A stretch of 53,823 bases of DNA, counting the filler, from Squatina squatina (lineage: Eukaryota), in NCBI GenBank assembly GCA_031763465.1. It is 3 parts of 3 records of this genome, joined end to end, with 100 filler letters (N's around TTAATTAATTAA, not from the genome) between each part and the next. Parts side by side here need not be neighbours in the genome. Positions count along the whole stretch, not along the records: positions 1 to 20,005 come from JARFOE010000192.1; positions 20,106 to 39,028 come from JARFOE010000046.1; 1 more part is not named here. One strand, 5' to 3'. Position 1 is the stretch's first letter. Every line of letters starts with the position of its first letter. This document shows, in pieces, positions 16,346 through 28,269 of the stretch. Below the pieces are notes generated by a model. That model made no database searches. It saw nothing but the letters and a program-made list of their open reading frames with translations, and was not told the DNA's origin. Position numbers and translations under genes: made by a program.

Positions 16346-17724
16346 GCCTCCATGCACGGCATCGTAAAGAGCTGTATAACGATAAAACTTAACTGAATTA
16401 ATGTTAAGTTCCTGCCACTGGAGTATGAAAGGGTGGGTATTCGAACAACTGCTTTCATTGAAAAGACCCTACTTAGGGCACTTTTAATAGCAAATTGCTC
16501 CTCTACAGGTACCTTGGCAACCACATGATCTTTACAGTGTAATAAAATAAGAAATTTGTCCAATAATGTAGAGTGTTACAAAAGCGAAATACTGNNNNNN
16601 NNNNNNNNNNNNNNNNNNNNNNNNNNNNNNNNNNNNNNNNNNNNNNNNNNNNNNNNNNNNNNNNNNNNNNNNNNNNNNNNNNNNNNNNNNNNNNGGGGCG
16701 CGGGGGAATTTCGCCATCTTTAATCTTTGCTAATAGTGTAAACATGGTGATATTGAATCGGCCGCCCATTATACACCTTGCTCGATTTTTTAGTGGTTCC
16801 CATTCAATACCCAAACACTTGGCCTCAACCTGGACACATTTTTAAAGAGCAACCCCCAGTGCACTATTGTGGCATTTTCTACATTCTCACTGTTATGAGC
16901 TGCCTGAATGTGATTTTTTACTGGTGCTGAATCAAGGCCCACACTAGTTATACACAACACAAGATGTACGCTCACTGCACCAGCACAAATCCAGATAGAT
17001 AGTAAATCACAACAGGTGCTACTGGCATGAAATGCTCAAAGTGCTCGACTGCTTACTTAGCAAATAGACGGTGTAGTTAATAACTGTTACTTTGTAATTA
17101 AAGGTCGCAGTTATGGAAACTTCAAATAACAGTTGATAGAATAGAAATTACTGATAATGATATTATTATACAAACACTTAACACTTTTGAATCAAATTCT
17201 CTTCACTATCTTAACAGAGGCTCTAATCCATTTATTTTAAATATGTTATTGTCTTTGGGCTGTCAACACTAATTTGTACCCTTATGTTTCATTTATATAT
17301 GCTTTGGCTCTAAATTGGTCAGACTTGTTGTATTGATTGTATTTATTATTACTTATTATTGTCAGCAGTTTTCACACATTTAGAGGGTCACAGTATGAAG
17401 GCTATGTTGCTAAATCTGACAAAGGATTAATGTGCAATAAACTGCCAGCAGAAATTAAAATTTAATAGGATGGCAATGACTTTTATTCAGCAGGCATTGC
17501 TTAAAGAGATACAAGCAGCTGATTCCCCACCCCAACAAATACTAATATCGCAATCTATGTGCAATCAACGTGACTGCAATTAAAATATATTCAGTACTGA
17601 GGCAATAATCTATGGGGTGCAAATTACGTGCGACATTCCTCTGTTTAATTAATACCTTCTTCCTAGAAACCTCCCTTAACATAAGCCTCCTTCTGCTGAA
17701 TGGAAAAACTTAAATGTCTACTTA

Positions 17725-17925
<201 letters not shown>

Positions 17926-18526
17926 TCAACTAAGAGGTTAGTCAACAGAGACAATGTACACTTAAGCAAAATGTGGTTTCTGTGGCAACTGTTCTCAAGT
18001 GCACTCAATTGGGGGGGGGGGGGAAAGTCAACTAAGAAATTGATGTCTATCATCACCTTTCACCTCTTGGGAGCCTTTCAATGGCGCTAATAGAGGGTGG
18101 CCAAGCCAATCTATTGTAGATAATCTCAGGTGAGAATAAAATTCTCTGAATCATTGTAAACTGGGGTACAATACAATGGCCTTGAATTTGTAGTCGCAGG
18201 TTTCCAGTGGACGGATGCCTCCGACTGGCAAAAGATCTACGAACTTACCTGGTGGTCCCGAAGGTTCGGACACTTGCGCTCCTGGGCCTCTATGCATAGG
18301 CCTGCGTAGAGGCCCAAGTATCCCAGTGGCGCATGCGGTTCGCAAGCGCCCCTGGGACCACGTGGACCAGTCCAACCAGTGAAAGAAGGGGATCCCCATT
18401 CATACTCATGGGGATTCCATATGTACAGAACCCCCATAAATATGAATGGGAATAGCCCCAAATCTACACGTACACTTCAAATAAATTAAAAAAAAACATA
18501 TTTAAAATTAATCCAAATGGCATTAA

Positions 18527-18654
18527 CTTTTTTACCCAGAGGGTGGTGGGTGTCTGGAATTCGCTGCCCGAATTGGGGGTGGAGGCAGAGACCCTCAACT
18601 CTTTTAAAAGGTACCTGGACCTGCACCTAAAGTGCTGTAAGCTGCAGGGCTACG
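18527..18654 (+). mobile_element. CR1 LINE 3' fragment
   Basis: FFTQRVVGVWNSLPELGVEAETLNSFKRYLDLHL is the canonical CR1 ORF2 C-terminus. Confidence 0.8.
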
Positions 18655-19595
18655 NNNNNNNNNNNNNNNNNNNNNNNNNNNNNNNNNNNNNNNNNNNNNN
18701 NNNNNNNNNNNNNNNNNNNNNNNNNNNNNNNNNNNNNNNNNNNNNNNNNNNNNNTGGCACAAATCTAGACCCTGTCCCAAATTATGGGGAAGGGGTCATT
18801 TGCATACGTGTGCATCTGCAGAGCCTACCTCAAACCACCAGCAGGAATGTTGGAGTGACACCATTCTACTCTAACGGAAGGACCAACAAGCAAATTATTT
18901 AAATACTTAGCTCCACAGGAATCTGTTGGGGGATTTTATGCTAAGGTTTGGGACCTTTCTTGAGGCATCAGCAGAACTTCTTGACCTCCTTTCCCTCCAT
19001 ATCTATCCTCCTTCCATTTCTCTTACTTATGAAGCTATATAACAGTTAGAATGTCAATCGAGCTGCCTGTGGAAAGGATATCGATGTCATTATCACCAGA
19101 TATCAAAAACATCTTATAGAGAGGTGCCAATGAGCATTGTACAATTAAAGAATTACTGATTGCAAATGCAGGGTCATTAATTCATGCTTAGATTACAGAA
19201 TATCAGCATTTCTGAGTTATAATGCTATATGTTTCTGTTATATGCAGTGATAAACACAACACACTAAGTTATCTTAGGTTTTGTGTTTTATGCATCTCCT
19301 GTAGCACGTGACTTGTAAGACTAGACATGCATATCAAATTAACCTAAATTAGTTATTATCTCATGTATTTTAATTTAGTTAATTTACATAAAATCAGATT
19401 CCGCTTAGAAGCGTGAAGTTCCATGCTTTGAGCCATTAATTGCATTCCCCTTATTACATAGGCATTAATTCTCACTTTTCCCCTGGTAGGTGTGTTGTCT
19501 GTTCCCAGTCTCATGCCTTTCTTCAGCTAGGAGACTGAGACCAGTGCTCCTATATAACTCGCAGACCAATAATGCTTCAGATAATAATACAGTAA

Positions 19596-19754
<159 letters not shown>

Positions 19755-19914
19755 TGAGTACAGATCTTAATCTTTTTCACCAAGATTGTTTCTCTCTTAA
19801 TCAAATGTTTTAGCTCTGACACTGACACGGGTATATTAAAGTATTATGTATTTGTTACTGTCTTCAATGAAGTAAATGGTAGTATTACAAGGTTGGGATC
19901 TTGTACTTTTAGGT

Positions 19915-20005
19915 CAACTCCACTTTCCTGCCTGTTTCCCATAATCCTCGACTACCCTGTAGTTCAAAATTCTGTCTATCTCAGCCTTGAATATATTCAA
20001 TGACT
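19915..20005 (-). mobile_element. CR1 LINE 3' fragment
   Basis: TCAACTCCACTTTCCTGCC...TCTATCTCAGCCTTGAATATATTCAATGACT is near-identical to the copies at 40254-40480 and 42932-43118. Confidence 0.7.
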
Positions 20006-20105
20006 NNNNNNNNNNNNNNNNNNNNNNNNNNNNNNNNNNNNNNNNNNNNTTAATTAATTAANNNNNNNNNNNNNNNNNNNNNNNNNNNNNNNNNNNNNNN
20101 NNNNN
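20006..20105. other. Artificial scaffold-joining linker (N44-TTAATTAATTAA-N44)
   Basis: A six-frame stop cassette at 20050-20061 sits centred in exactly 100 nt. Confidence 0.95.
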
Positions 20106-20856
20106 GCCCTTCCCAAGACAAAGTGTGCAGCTTGCAGCACACAATGGCAAATCTTGACACTCATTCCAGGCTATATTGAAGATGCCTCCAGATCAGTTGA
20201 GGCATTGGAGCCTTTGCTTGATAAGCTTGATGGTCTTCTCTATGAAAGACCTGGTTCTGGCGTGGCTCTCACTGAATGCATGCTATCCCCAAAATGATCA
20301 TGCAGGTGAAAAGAAAAGGCCAAAAATTAAGAAAAGATGACTGTTGACACAAGGTGCTGTACAGGAATATCAATCAGAGATGGGAGCAGGATTGTTGTAT
20401 ATGGCTGTCTAACCTCAGACATGAGGAAGATACTTGAAGAGAAGGGAGTATTACAGGTATCAAAAGAATTCTATCATCGGACCAGGGGGAAAATGGATGC
20501 CTGACATCGAGCCCTGCGTAAACTGAACTGTGTAATCACAGGAGTCTTGCAAAGATTTGCGTTTAAGTTCATGCAAGCAGCTGAAGGAGGATGTGAAGAA
20601 ACAAGTTGTCTGCACAGCAAACAGAGGGAGGAAATTATACATCTCACAGAAAAAAAAAGTTTCTAATGTTTTGCGCCTACAACCCTCGACGAGGCAAAAT
20701 ACAAAAACTTGAAGTTTCTGCACTCGATTACCCATTGTCTTGTATGCTTTTACTGAAGAATCAGTGACATCAAGTCACAAATGCCATGTGAGGTAGACAA
20801 TTGTAGCTTGCACTCAGTCACATTTTTGTCTGGTTAACAGGTTATCTTTTACTTGC

Positions 20857-20944
20857 CTCATCTGTAAGCAGAGTTGCAACAGCTCTCCCAATCTGATGAT
20901 AAGCCATTGGCTTAGCTTTTGGCCCTAGAACAATGAACAGAAAC
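20857..20944 (-). CDS. SLC4A4/5/9-type bicarbonate transporter exon (88 bp) with GC donor
   Basis: tttctctttcAG acceptor. Translates (R)[29 protein letters not shown] versus NBCe1 [30 protein letters not shown]. Donor is GAG|GCAAGT. Phase fits the 22313-22470 exon. Confidence 0.9.
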
Positions 20945-21884
20945 CTGAAAGAGAAAGAAAAAGCTGCACTATTTTTGTGTAGACTGCAGAGCAATATCCT
21001 TTTGCTTTAGGGTAAATCTTGTCCGGGCCAATATCACCTTAAACACAGCCAGCATGTATCTGAAAATCAGAGGCATGTTGCCTGTGTATCCAGGGCCTCA
21101 CAAAATTTACACTTTTTTAATCAATTGAGAAACATATTAGAATCTAACAAAAGTAATTCGTATTATACTCCACTGTTGAATGTATGAATCATAGAAAATA
21201 TAGCACAGAAGGGGGTCATTTGGTTCATTGTGCCTGTGCCTGTGCCAATGCTAGATTTTCCCAATTTGTACTACAATAAAATCAAGTTCTATCCCAGTAA
21301 AGGGGGAGCAGAGCACTGCTCCTTATTCCTGTTCAGAAAGTTACTGAAGTGGAACATTATGTTGCACATTAAGAGTAGGTCCATACAAAATTTAGCTCTA
21401 ATTTGCAAAATTAAATCATAAAACATGGCAAGGAAAAGTGATACCAATAAGAGTCTGCCTTCCCAATATTTTGAACATATCCTAACATATTGTTCCTAAC
21501 AGTTTGAATCGTGAAAATTCAATCGAAGATTTTCCTTCAACTGTATCCATGTTTCTACATTTTTGTAGCATAGGTTGATCATATTACAGCAGTTAATGTT
21601 TCTGAGGTTATTGCATCCATCATATGTGTCTTGAATTGTGGCACTGTGATAGCCTAGTAATTGTAGAGAAAGAGCTATGTGAAGCAGGAGAACAAAACAT
21701 AGCTAGGAGCTCTCAAAATCAGAAATATTAGGATACAATTTGTCGTAAAAAAGGGCAAACAATTGTAAATCCATTTAAACATACGGAGTGGTATTTAATT
21801 TCCAGCATAAAATGCATTAAGTTAGGTTAATGAAAGTCAAAATGACTAATACTTGGTAAATCTGCATAAACAGAACACTTGAGC

Positions 21885-22220
21885 TTCAGTGGGTATGGCA
21901 TCATACTGAGTCATACAGACAGACAAAGTTTAATTCCAAAATGGATTTGGTCTGGAACTGTAGTGAGGTACTAAAATTAGCCCCAGTGTCCCTGTGCAAG
22001 GAGTGGGGAAATGATTCCTAATTGTAATCCAATGAAATGCTGCTGTAAAGTTGGCATCTGTAGACATTGGATGGCAACAGGATCAGGCTGCTTTATGGTG
22101 GTCCCCCATATTCAAATAGCCTTGCAACAACCACTGTTCAGATTCACGCTCAGAAAACACCATTCGAGAAGATACCGAAAACATCCACAGAACCATATCC
22201 CAATGTAAGCCAGTGGGAAA
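21885..22220 (+). mobile_element. Old tRNA-headed SINE-like repeat (unclassified family)
   Basis: Shares ACTGAG.CATACAGAC and (G/T)TAATCCAATGA...GCTG blocks with 23100-23230 (+) and with the reverse complements of 23985-24310, 38500-38680 and 52078-52260. Highly diverged. Confidence 0.4.
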
Positions 22221-22312
22221 GGGTGATTTAATTAGTGAGTAAAATAATATTTGCAACAATACAAGAAGCTGAAATTAATTCTAGACAAACCCATATAATA
22301 CAATATCTTTAC

Positions 22313-22470
22313 CTGGTTGGCAGTGCAACCTCTGTAAGAGCCCCTAGGATTATAGGCTGCTGTAATCGGACAAAGGCAACAAAGGGCTTATCCAAAAAGT
22401 CCACTTCACCCGCAAGCACATTTGTGGCTTCAGCACCCTCTGGGATCTGCTTCTTGAATTTATTTTTCAG
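22313..22470 (-). CDS. SLC4A4/5/9-type bicarbonate transporter exon (158 bp; cytoplasmic N-terminal domain)
   Basis: AG at 22471-22472 and GT at 22312-22311. Translates [52 protein letters not shown](R) versus NBCe1 [53 protein letters not shown]. Confidence 0.92.
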
Positions 22471-22740
22471 CTAAAATAATAAAAGTTTTAAAAATGTCAG
22501 AAATGTGAACATAACTTTGGAGAAATTATTATAGAATGTGATTGTCATCTCTCATGAATTAACTTTAGACCAAAATAGTAAACTTATTTCCTTTTTACCA
22601 ATCAAATATTAGAAAATAATTGAGCCAACATAAATGCCAGCATAACATATAGCCAACTATATCAAACAATTAATGAAAGTGGGTACATGTACCTTATGAC
22701 GTGCAATAAAGTGATACAGACTAAAAGCCTGCAGGTTTGT

Positions 22741-23065
22741 GTCAGCCGTGGCTCAGTGGGTAGCAAGCTTGCCTGAGTCAGAAGGTTGTGGGTTCAAGTC
22801 CCACTCCAGAGACTTGAGCACATAATCTAGGCTGACACTCCAGTGCTGTATAGAGGGAGTGCTGCACTGTTGGAAATTCCATCTTTCAAATGAGACATTA
22901 AACCGAAGCCCCGTCTGTCCTCTCAGGTGGACGTAAAAGATCCCATAGCACTATTTCAAAGAAGAGCAGGGGAGTTATCTCTGGTGTCCCTGACAATATT
23001 TATCCCTCAACCAACATCATTAAAATAAATTATCTGGTTATTATCATGTTGCTATTTGTGGGAGC
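22741..23065 (+). mobile_element. tRNA-derived Deu-domain SINE (SacSINE1-like)
   Basis: A box TGGCTCAGTGGG and B box GGTTCAAGTCC, then GGGAGTGCTGCACTG...TAAACCGA...CTCTCAGGTGGACGTAAAAGATCCCA..GCACTATTT..GAAGAGCAGGG. Further copies at 38692 and 43206. Confidence 0.85.
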
Positions 23066-23324
23066 AATGCAATGTAATAATCTCCGTGCTCTTTGGGTAT
23101 AAAAGGGGAAAATAATCAGGCAAGGTTGTAGCTCTTGATTGCTATCCACTGATCCCTGCAGGTAAATGCGTGTGTGTGGATTTAGACTGAGCTCAGCATT
23201 AGTCTCAGCTGTAATGATCTAAAAATAGACTGGAGAAGATAGAATAATTGTGGTGAAAAAAAGGGGGGCTTTTTTTTTTGCAGTATGATTAGGACTTTCC
23301 TCAGTCAATATGCTGCTGCCCAAC

Positions 23325-23540
23325 AAGGAAGGAAGCAGTACTTGACCTGATTCTGAGTAATGAGGTAGAATAAGTCGGTAGCCTAAACGGAGGGAAATAT
23401 TTTGGAAGCAGTAACCACAATATAATTGGGTTCAGTGTGTGAATAGAAAAAGAAAAAGATTGAGGACAAAGGTACTTGTCTGAGAACAAAACAAAGTATA
23501 GTGAGATAAAAAGGGAACACATTGGCAAACAGAACTATAT
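23325..23540 (+). mobile_element. Degenerate CR1 LINE ORF2 fragment (endonuclease end)
   Basis: CCAACAAGGAAGGAAGCAGTACTTGACCTGATTCTGAGTAATGAG reads PTRKEAVLDLILSNE, followed by a GSS(D/N)HNII-like motif. Confidence 0.6.
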
Positions 23541-23775
23541 ATCAGCAATAGGAAATATTTAAACAGGAGATGGAAATAGTATAAATCAAATATACACTAG
23601 TAAGGAAAAACAGGANNNNNNNNNNNNNNNNNNNNNNNNNNNNNNNNNNNNNNNNNNNNNNNNNNNNNNNNNNNNNNNNNNNNNNNNNNNNNNNNNNNNN
23701 NNNNNNNNNNNNNNNTGGACCCCTGAATTCTGCAAAACACCTAACAAATATCATCATGAGATATTCATGTCATAA

Positions 23776-23833
23776 ATCATGTTCCTTATTATTTACTTTT
23801 GTATATCATGTTCCTTATTATTTATTTTTGTAT
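23776..23833. repeat. 29-bp tandem duplication
   Basis: ATCATGTTCCTTATTATTTAYTTTTGTAT occurs twice with one mismatch. Confidence 0.85.
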
Positions 23834-23984
23834 TTTATATAGATATATTTGTAAAACAACATTTGCTGATGAGACTGAGAGGTTACAATTTTGACTGCAT
23901 GTATGAAGTTAATTTAACAATGTTCTCTCTTCCTGGTAAGGTGTAGGTTCATGCTAGGGTCTGGTTCTATAGGTTCTCTGCAGG

Positions 23985-24310
23985 ACCTTCCTACATGGCT
24001 ATTCTCCATGTCTCAGTGTGCACAATTAATGGTGGCAAACTATTTCACCATGGGGGAAGAGAATTACAGCTAAGCTTAACCCTGTCCTAGTGTCCCACCC
24101 AAAATCCCCACAAGCACATCTTCCAGTAGGGATTACCAGATACGATCACGAACAGAAATCTTGGTGTCCTTTTCACCTTCCCAAACATAGCACCGCGGCT
24201 TACTGTAGCAACCCGATTGCTTCCCCAGCTGAGATCAGCTCATGCATTATTGGCATAAGTGAACGTGGACCCTCCTAGTCTATATGGCTGAGTCTCACAT
24301 CAAGCAATTG
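23985..24310 (-). mobile_element. Old SINE-like repeat, same family as 21885-22220
   Basis: Reverse complement has ACTCAGCCATATAGACTAGGAGGGTCCACGTTC and GAGCTGATCTCAGCTGGGG blocks. Confidence 0.4.
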
Positions 24311-25070
24311 ACCTATCTCAAGTATGTTTATAACCAAAGTAAGCTTCTTGTCTTTTTTTTTAAGTTGCATTAGTAATCTAGTAATTTTTTTTCAGATGTA
24401 TACATCAGCTTCATTGTTTAAAAAGTAATGCCTACCAATAATAAAGAGGAATCGTTCTACCATGTGCACATTTGGTACAATTAGCTTTACACTGATTAAC
24501 AATTACTATTCCTTCAACACGAAAGTGACAATGACCAGAATCAATAAAATAATGACACAAAGTGCACAACAAAGATTTTGTCTATGTCTTCCAGAAATTT
24601 CTACAAACAAGCAGCTATGTTAGCAGTGTAAATAATATAATGTATACAAAAACAAATTTCACCATACGCAGTATTATTATAAAAACAGCATTGTAACATA
24701 GCACAACAATTTCTTTCAAGAANNNNNNNNNNNNNNNNNNNNNNNNNNNNNNNNNNNNNNNNNNNNNNNNNNNNNNNNNNNNNNNNNNNNNNNNNNNNNN
24801 NNNNNNNNNNNNNNNNNNNNNNTCATGGTGCCTTAGTTGAAATCAGATTTCCTGCCCCGTGGCTGTCTTGAGATGCCTAACTACATAAATGAGTCTTGGT
24901 CTGTGACTTAGTGAGCCACATGGTATATCTACTTTCAGAGCTGTTGCAGGAACCTGTGGATTATATTCTAATAAGAGTAACTTAAAAATCTTTAACTGGA
25001 GCGTGGTATTTTTTGTGGGTAATAGAAATGGTACATTTGTGAACTTGGCTACTTTACTTTTGTACTTCAG

Positions 25071-25226
25071 ACTGCAAAATCTTAAATGGGATTTCTGGAA
25101 TTCATTTTACGTATACCAGAGAAGGTCGTCCTAGTGGGGAAGCATTCATTCAACTGGAATCTGAAGATGAAGTCAAAATTGCAATGAAAAAAGACAAAGA
25201 AAGTATGGGGCATAGATATGTAGAAG
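25071..25226 (+). CDS. HNRNPH1: hnRNP H1 coding exon (156 bp; qRRM1)
   Basis: AG/GT bounded. [51 protein letters not shown]. The first coding exon is not visible and may lie in the 24723-24842 gap. Confidence 0.95.
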
Positions 25227-25469
25227 GTGAGTTGAATACTTTGAGATGAGTTTGCTGTAATTTCTGCTTTTATGTGCCACATACAGCATTATCTGCTGCA
25301 GTAAACAATGTTGAATGTTACAATTTGTGTGTTAAGCAAATAGATACAACAGCTGTTTTATTCAGGATTACTTTTTGTTCTGAAACTTTTCTTGGATTTA
25401 ATTGTGTATTTACTTTTCTAGTGATTTCTTAAACTGGTTTCATTAATTTTAAGATGTTTTTAAATCTAG

Positions 25470-25613
25470 TTTTTAAATCTAACAACATTGAAATGGACTG
25501 GGTTTTGAAACACACTGGCCCCAACAGCCCTGATTCCTCAAATGATGGCTGTGTTCGTCTGAGGGGACTGCCGTTTGGCTGCAGCAAGGAAGAAATAGTA
25601 CAGTTTTTTACAG
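25470..25613 (+). CDS. HNRNPH1: hnRNP H1 coding exon (144 bp)
   Basis: [48 protein letters not shown]; AG/GT bounded. Confidence 0.95.
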
Positions 25614-28130
25614 GTATTAAAAAGCTGATTTTTCTGAAATACAATTTAGCAAATTGGCCATTTAACTAAGTTTTTGTTTTAGATCATTTTAAGTACACGT
25701 ATTTCACATCCAGTAAGAAACAATATTACTTTAAGGCTCAATGAGCTAATAGTATTTATTTCTAGTTGATATAATATATTCTGTGCACACTCTTAATTTG
25801 ATAAAATTAATTTTACAACTTCTTCCAATGTTTCCCTCTGTTTAAAGAGGAAGCCTGTGAGGGAGAAACATGCCTCATNNNNNNNNNNNNNNNNNNNNNN
25901 NNNNNNNNNNNNNNNNNNNNNNNNNNNNNNNNNNNNNNNNNNNNNNNNNNNNNNNNNNNNNNNNNNNNNNNNNNNNNNNNNNNNNNNNNNNNNNNNNNNN
26001 NNNNNNNNNNNNNNNNNNNNNNNNNNNNNNNNNNNNNNNNNNNNNNNNNNNNNNNNNNNNNNNNNNNNNNNNNNNNNNNNNNNNNNNNNNNNNNNNNNNN
26101 NNNNNNNNNNNNNNNNNNNNNNNNNNNNNNNNNNNNNNNNNNNNNNNNNNNNNNNNNNNNNNNNNNNNNNNNNNNNNNNNNNNNNNNNNNNNNNNNNNNN
26201 NNNNNNNNNNNNNNNNNNNNNNNNNNNNNNNNNNNNNNNNNNNNNNNNNNNNNNNNNNNNNNNNNNNNNNNNNNNNNNNNNNNNNNNNNNNNNNNNNNNN
26301 NNNNNNNNNNNNNNNNNNNNNNNNNNNNNNNNNNNNNNNNNNNNNNNNNNNNNNNNNNNNNNNNNNNNNNNNNNNNNNNNNNNNNNNNNNNNNNNNNNNN
26401 NNNNNNNNNNNNNNNNNNNNNNNNNNNNNNNNNNNNNNNNNNNNNNNNNNNNNNNNNNNNNNNNNNNNNNNNNNNNNNNNNNNNNNNNNNNNNNNNNNNN
26501 NNNNNNNNNNNNNNNNNNNNNNNNNNNNNNNNNNNNNNNNNNNNNNNNNNNNNNNNNNNNNNNNNNNNNNNNNNNNNNNNNNNNNNNNNNNNNNNNNNNN
26601 NNNNNNNNNNNNNNNNNNNNNNNNNNNNNNNNNNNNNNNNNNNNNNNNNNNNNNNNNNNNNNNNCATTTAGGGATTTGTAAACAGAATGATAGATTTAAG
26701 CATGGCTCAAAATAATAATTTTCAAGAAGGCACTATTCAAAGATTGACATAGAAACATAGAAAATAGGAGCAGGAGTACATAGTAGGATATACAAGAGAG
26801 AGATTCCCCATCCCGACCGTTCCCCTCCGACTCTTATTTCACTGAATGAGAAATGATGAAAGTAACACAGGTATCAAATTACTCTCTGTACACATGCCTT
26901 GTAAAACAATTTATTACACTTTGTATTCTCATCTTGAATTTTTAACATCAAATAATTTAACCAAAGATGCTTCTATTCTAGGTATTTTATCCATAACACT
27001 AAATGATAAATTGTGAAACTAAGGAAATCAATTAATTTTTTGTAGTATGTTAGCTGTGTTCATGCAAAACAATTGCATTCATATTATTTTGGAAGTTTAA
27101 AATCTAATTTTACAACATGCTGAAGACAAAAAAAAGTTAAGATATAACAGAGGACAGATTTAATATCATCCAAATGTTTATTCTAACCTAAAGAAAAGTG
27201 CAACAAGGTCAAATTAAAAAAAACTGCAGCATTTTTTTTGTTTACCATCATCATTGATCATTTTCAACCAACCAAAAACTAGTTGTGGGCCATTAGTCCT
27301 AGTGATTATATAAGATGTATTGAGTGCTGCTTACAGTCAATGGGTGTCACCTAAAGAAAAGGTTCTGTTTAGCCATCATTGGCTTGCAGACTCTTGTAAG
27401 AAAGCAAGTGATGCATTCCTGCGCAGACCTTGATCTGTAGATGGTCACGTATTGATCTGGGACAGAGAATCTCATTTCCACTGATCTGTCGTAAGCAAAG
27501 CAAGTGAGGTGCACGGATTTCTTTAGTAGTGCAATTGTTATTGTAAGCTGTGGTTTTGGTTTGTCAGTTTTTATATTTATTGGGATTTAGTCACCTGGAT
27601 AGTTGCATTTGGAAGTGATTGGGTTTGTTGAAAAAGCATTTCCCCCCACCCCAGTACAAATTAATTCTGGCTTCTGTTAGTTGCACTACACTTGAGTTAG
27701 TAATATTTCCTAATTTTAATGCGTTGAAAATCACTTGGTTTCCATTGTAGGTGTAATATTAAACCATTCGGAGCATTGCCACAGCAACTCCTTTGTGGTC
27801 ACAGTAACAAATTAATCTTCATGTCTCACTTGTGGTTACTATTTAATACTATAAAATTTAGTTCATGTTGCCAAACTTGACTACTGCAAAATAGGGCTAA
27901 ATTGTCCATGTTCTATACAAGCTTTGGTTTAAAAAGTGCAAGCCTACATTTACCTTTGTTTTATGTTGGATCTTTGCTTTATTTAAACAGCATTCTGCAG
28001 TTTGTTGCCTCAATTGGTCAATTCTGATATCAGTACTCAACATTGATATGCTGTAGTATGTGTATAAGAGTAGGAATGTTTCAATTTTTAATATTGTTCC
28101 CCTTGTGGGGTATTTGTCCTTGGGTTGAAG

Positions 28131-28269
28131 GGTTGGAAATCGTGCCAAATGGGATAACATTGCCGATGGACTACCAGGGGAGGAGCACGGGGGAGGCCTT
28201 CGTGCAGTTTGCCACACAGGAAATAGCTGAAAAGGCTCTAAAGAAACACAAGGAAAGAATAGGGCACAG
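28131..28269 (+). CDS. HNRNPH1: hnRNP H1 139-nt exon (qRRM2; conserved autoregulated cassette)
   Basis: [46 protein letters not shown](R), with acceptor gggttgaAG and donor GTGGGG. Confidence 0.97.

Noticed and set aside
22741-22812. tRNA gene (A and B boxes), also at 38692
   Set aside because: These are SINE heads continuing into a shared repeat body, with no complete cloverleaf.
27395-27515. Possible intronic C/D snoRNA or direct repeat (AAAGCAAGTGA twice) in HNRNPH1
   Set aside because: The C box is imperfect (GTGATGC) and no terminal stem is evident; too weak without a covariance search.
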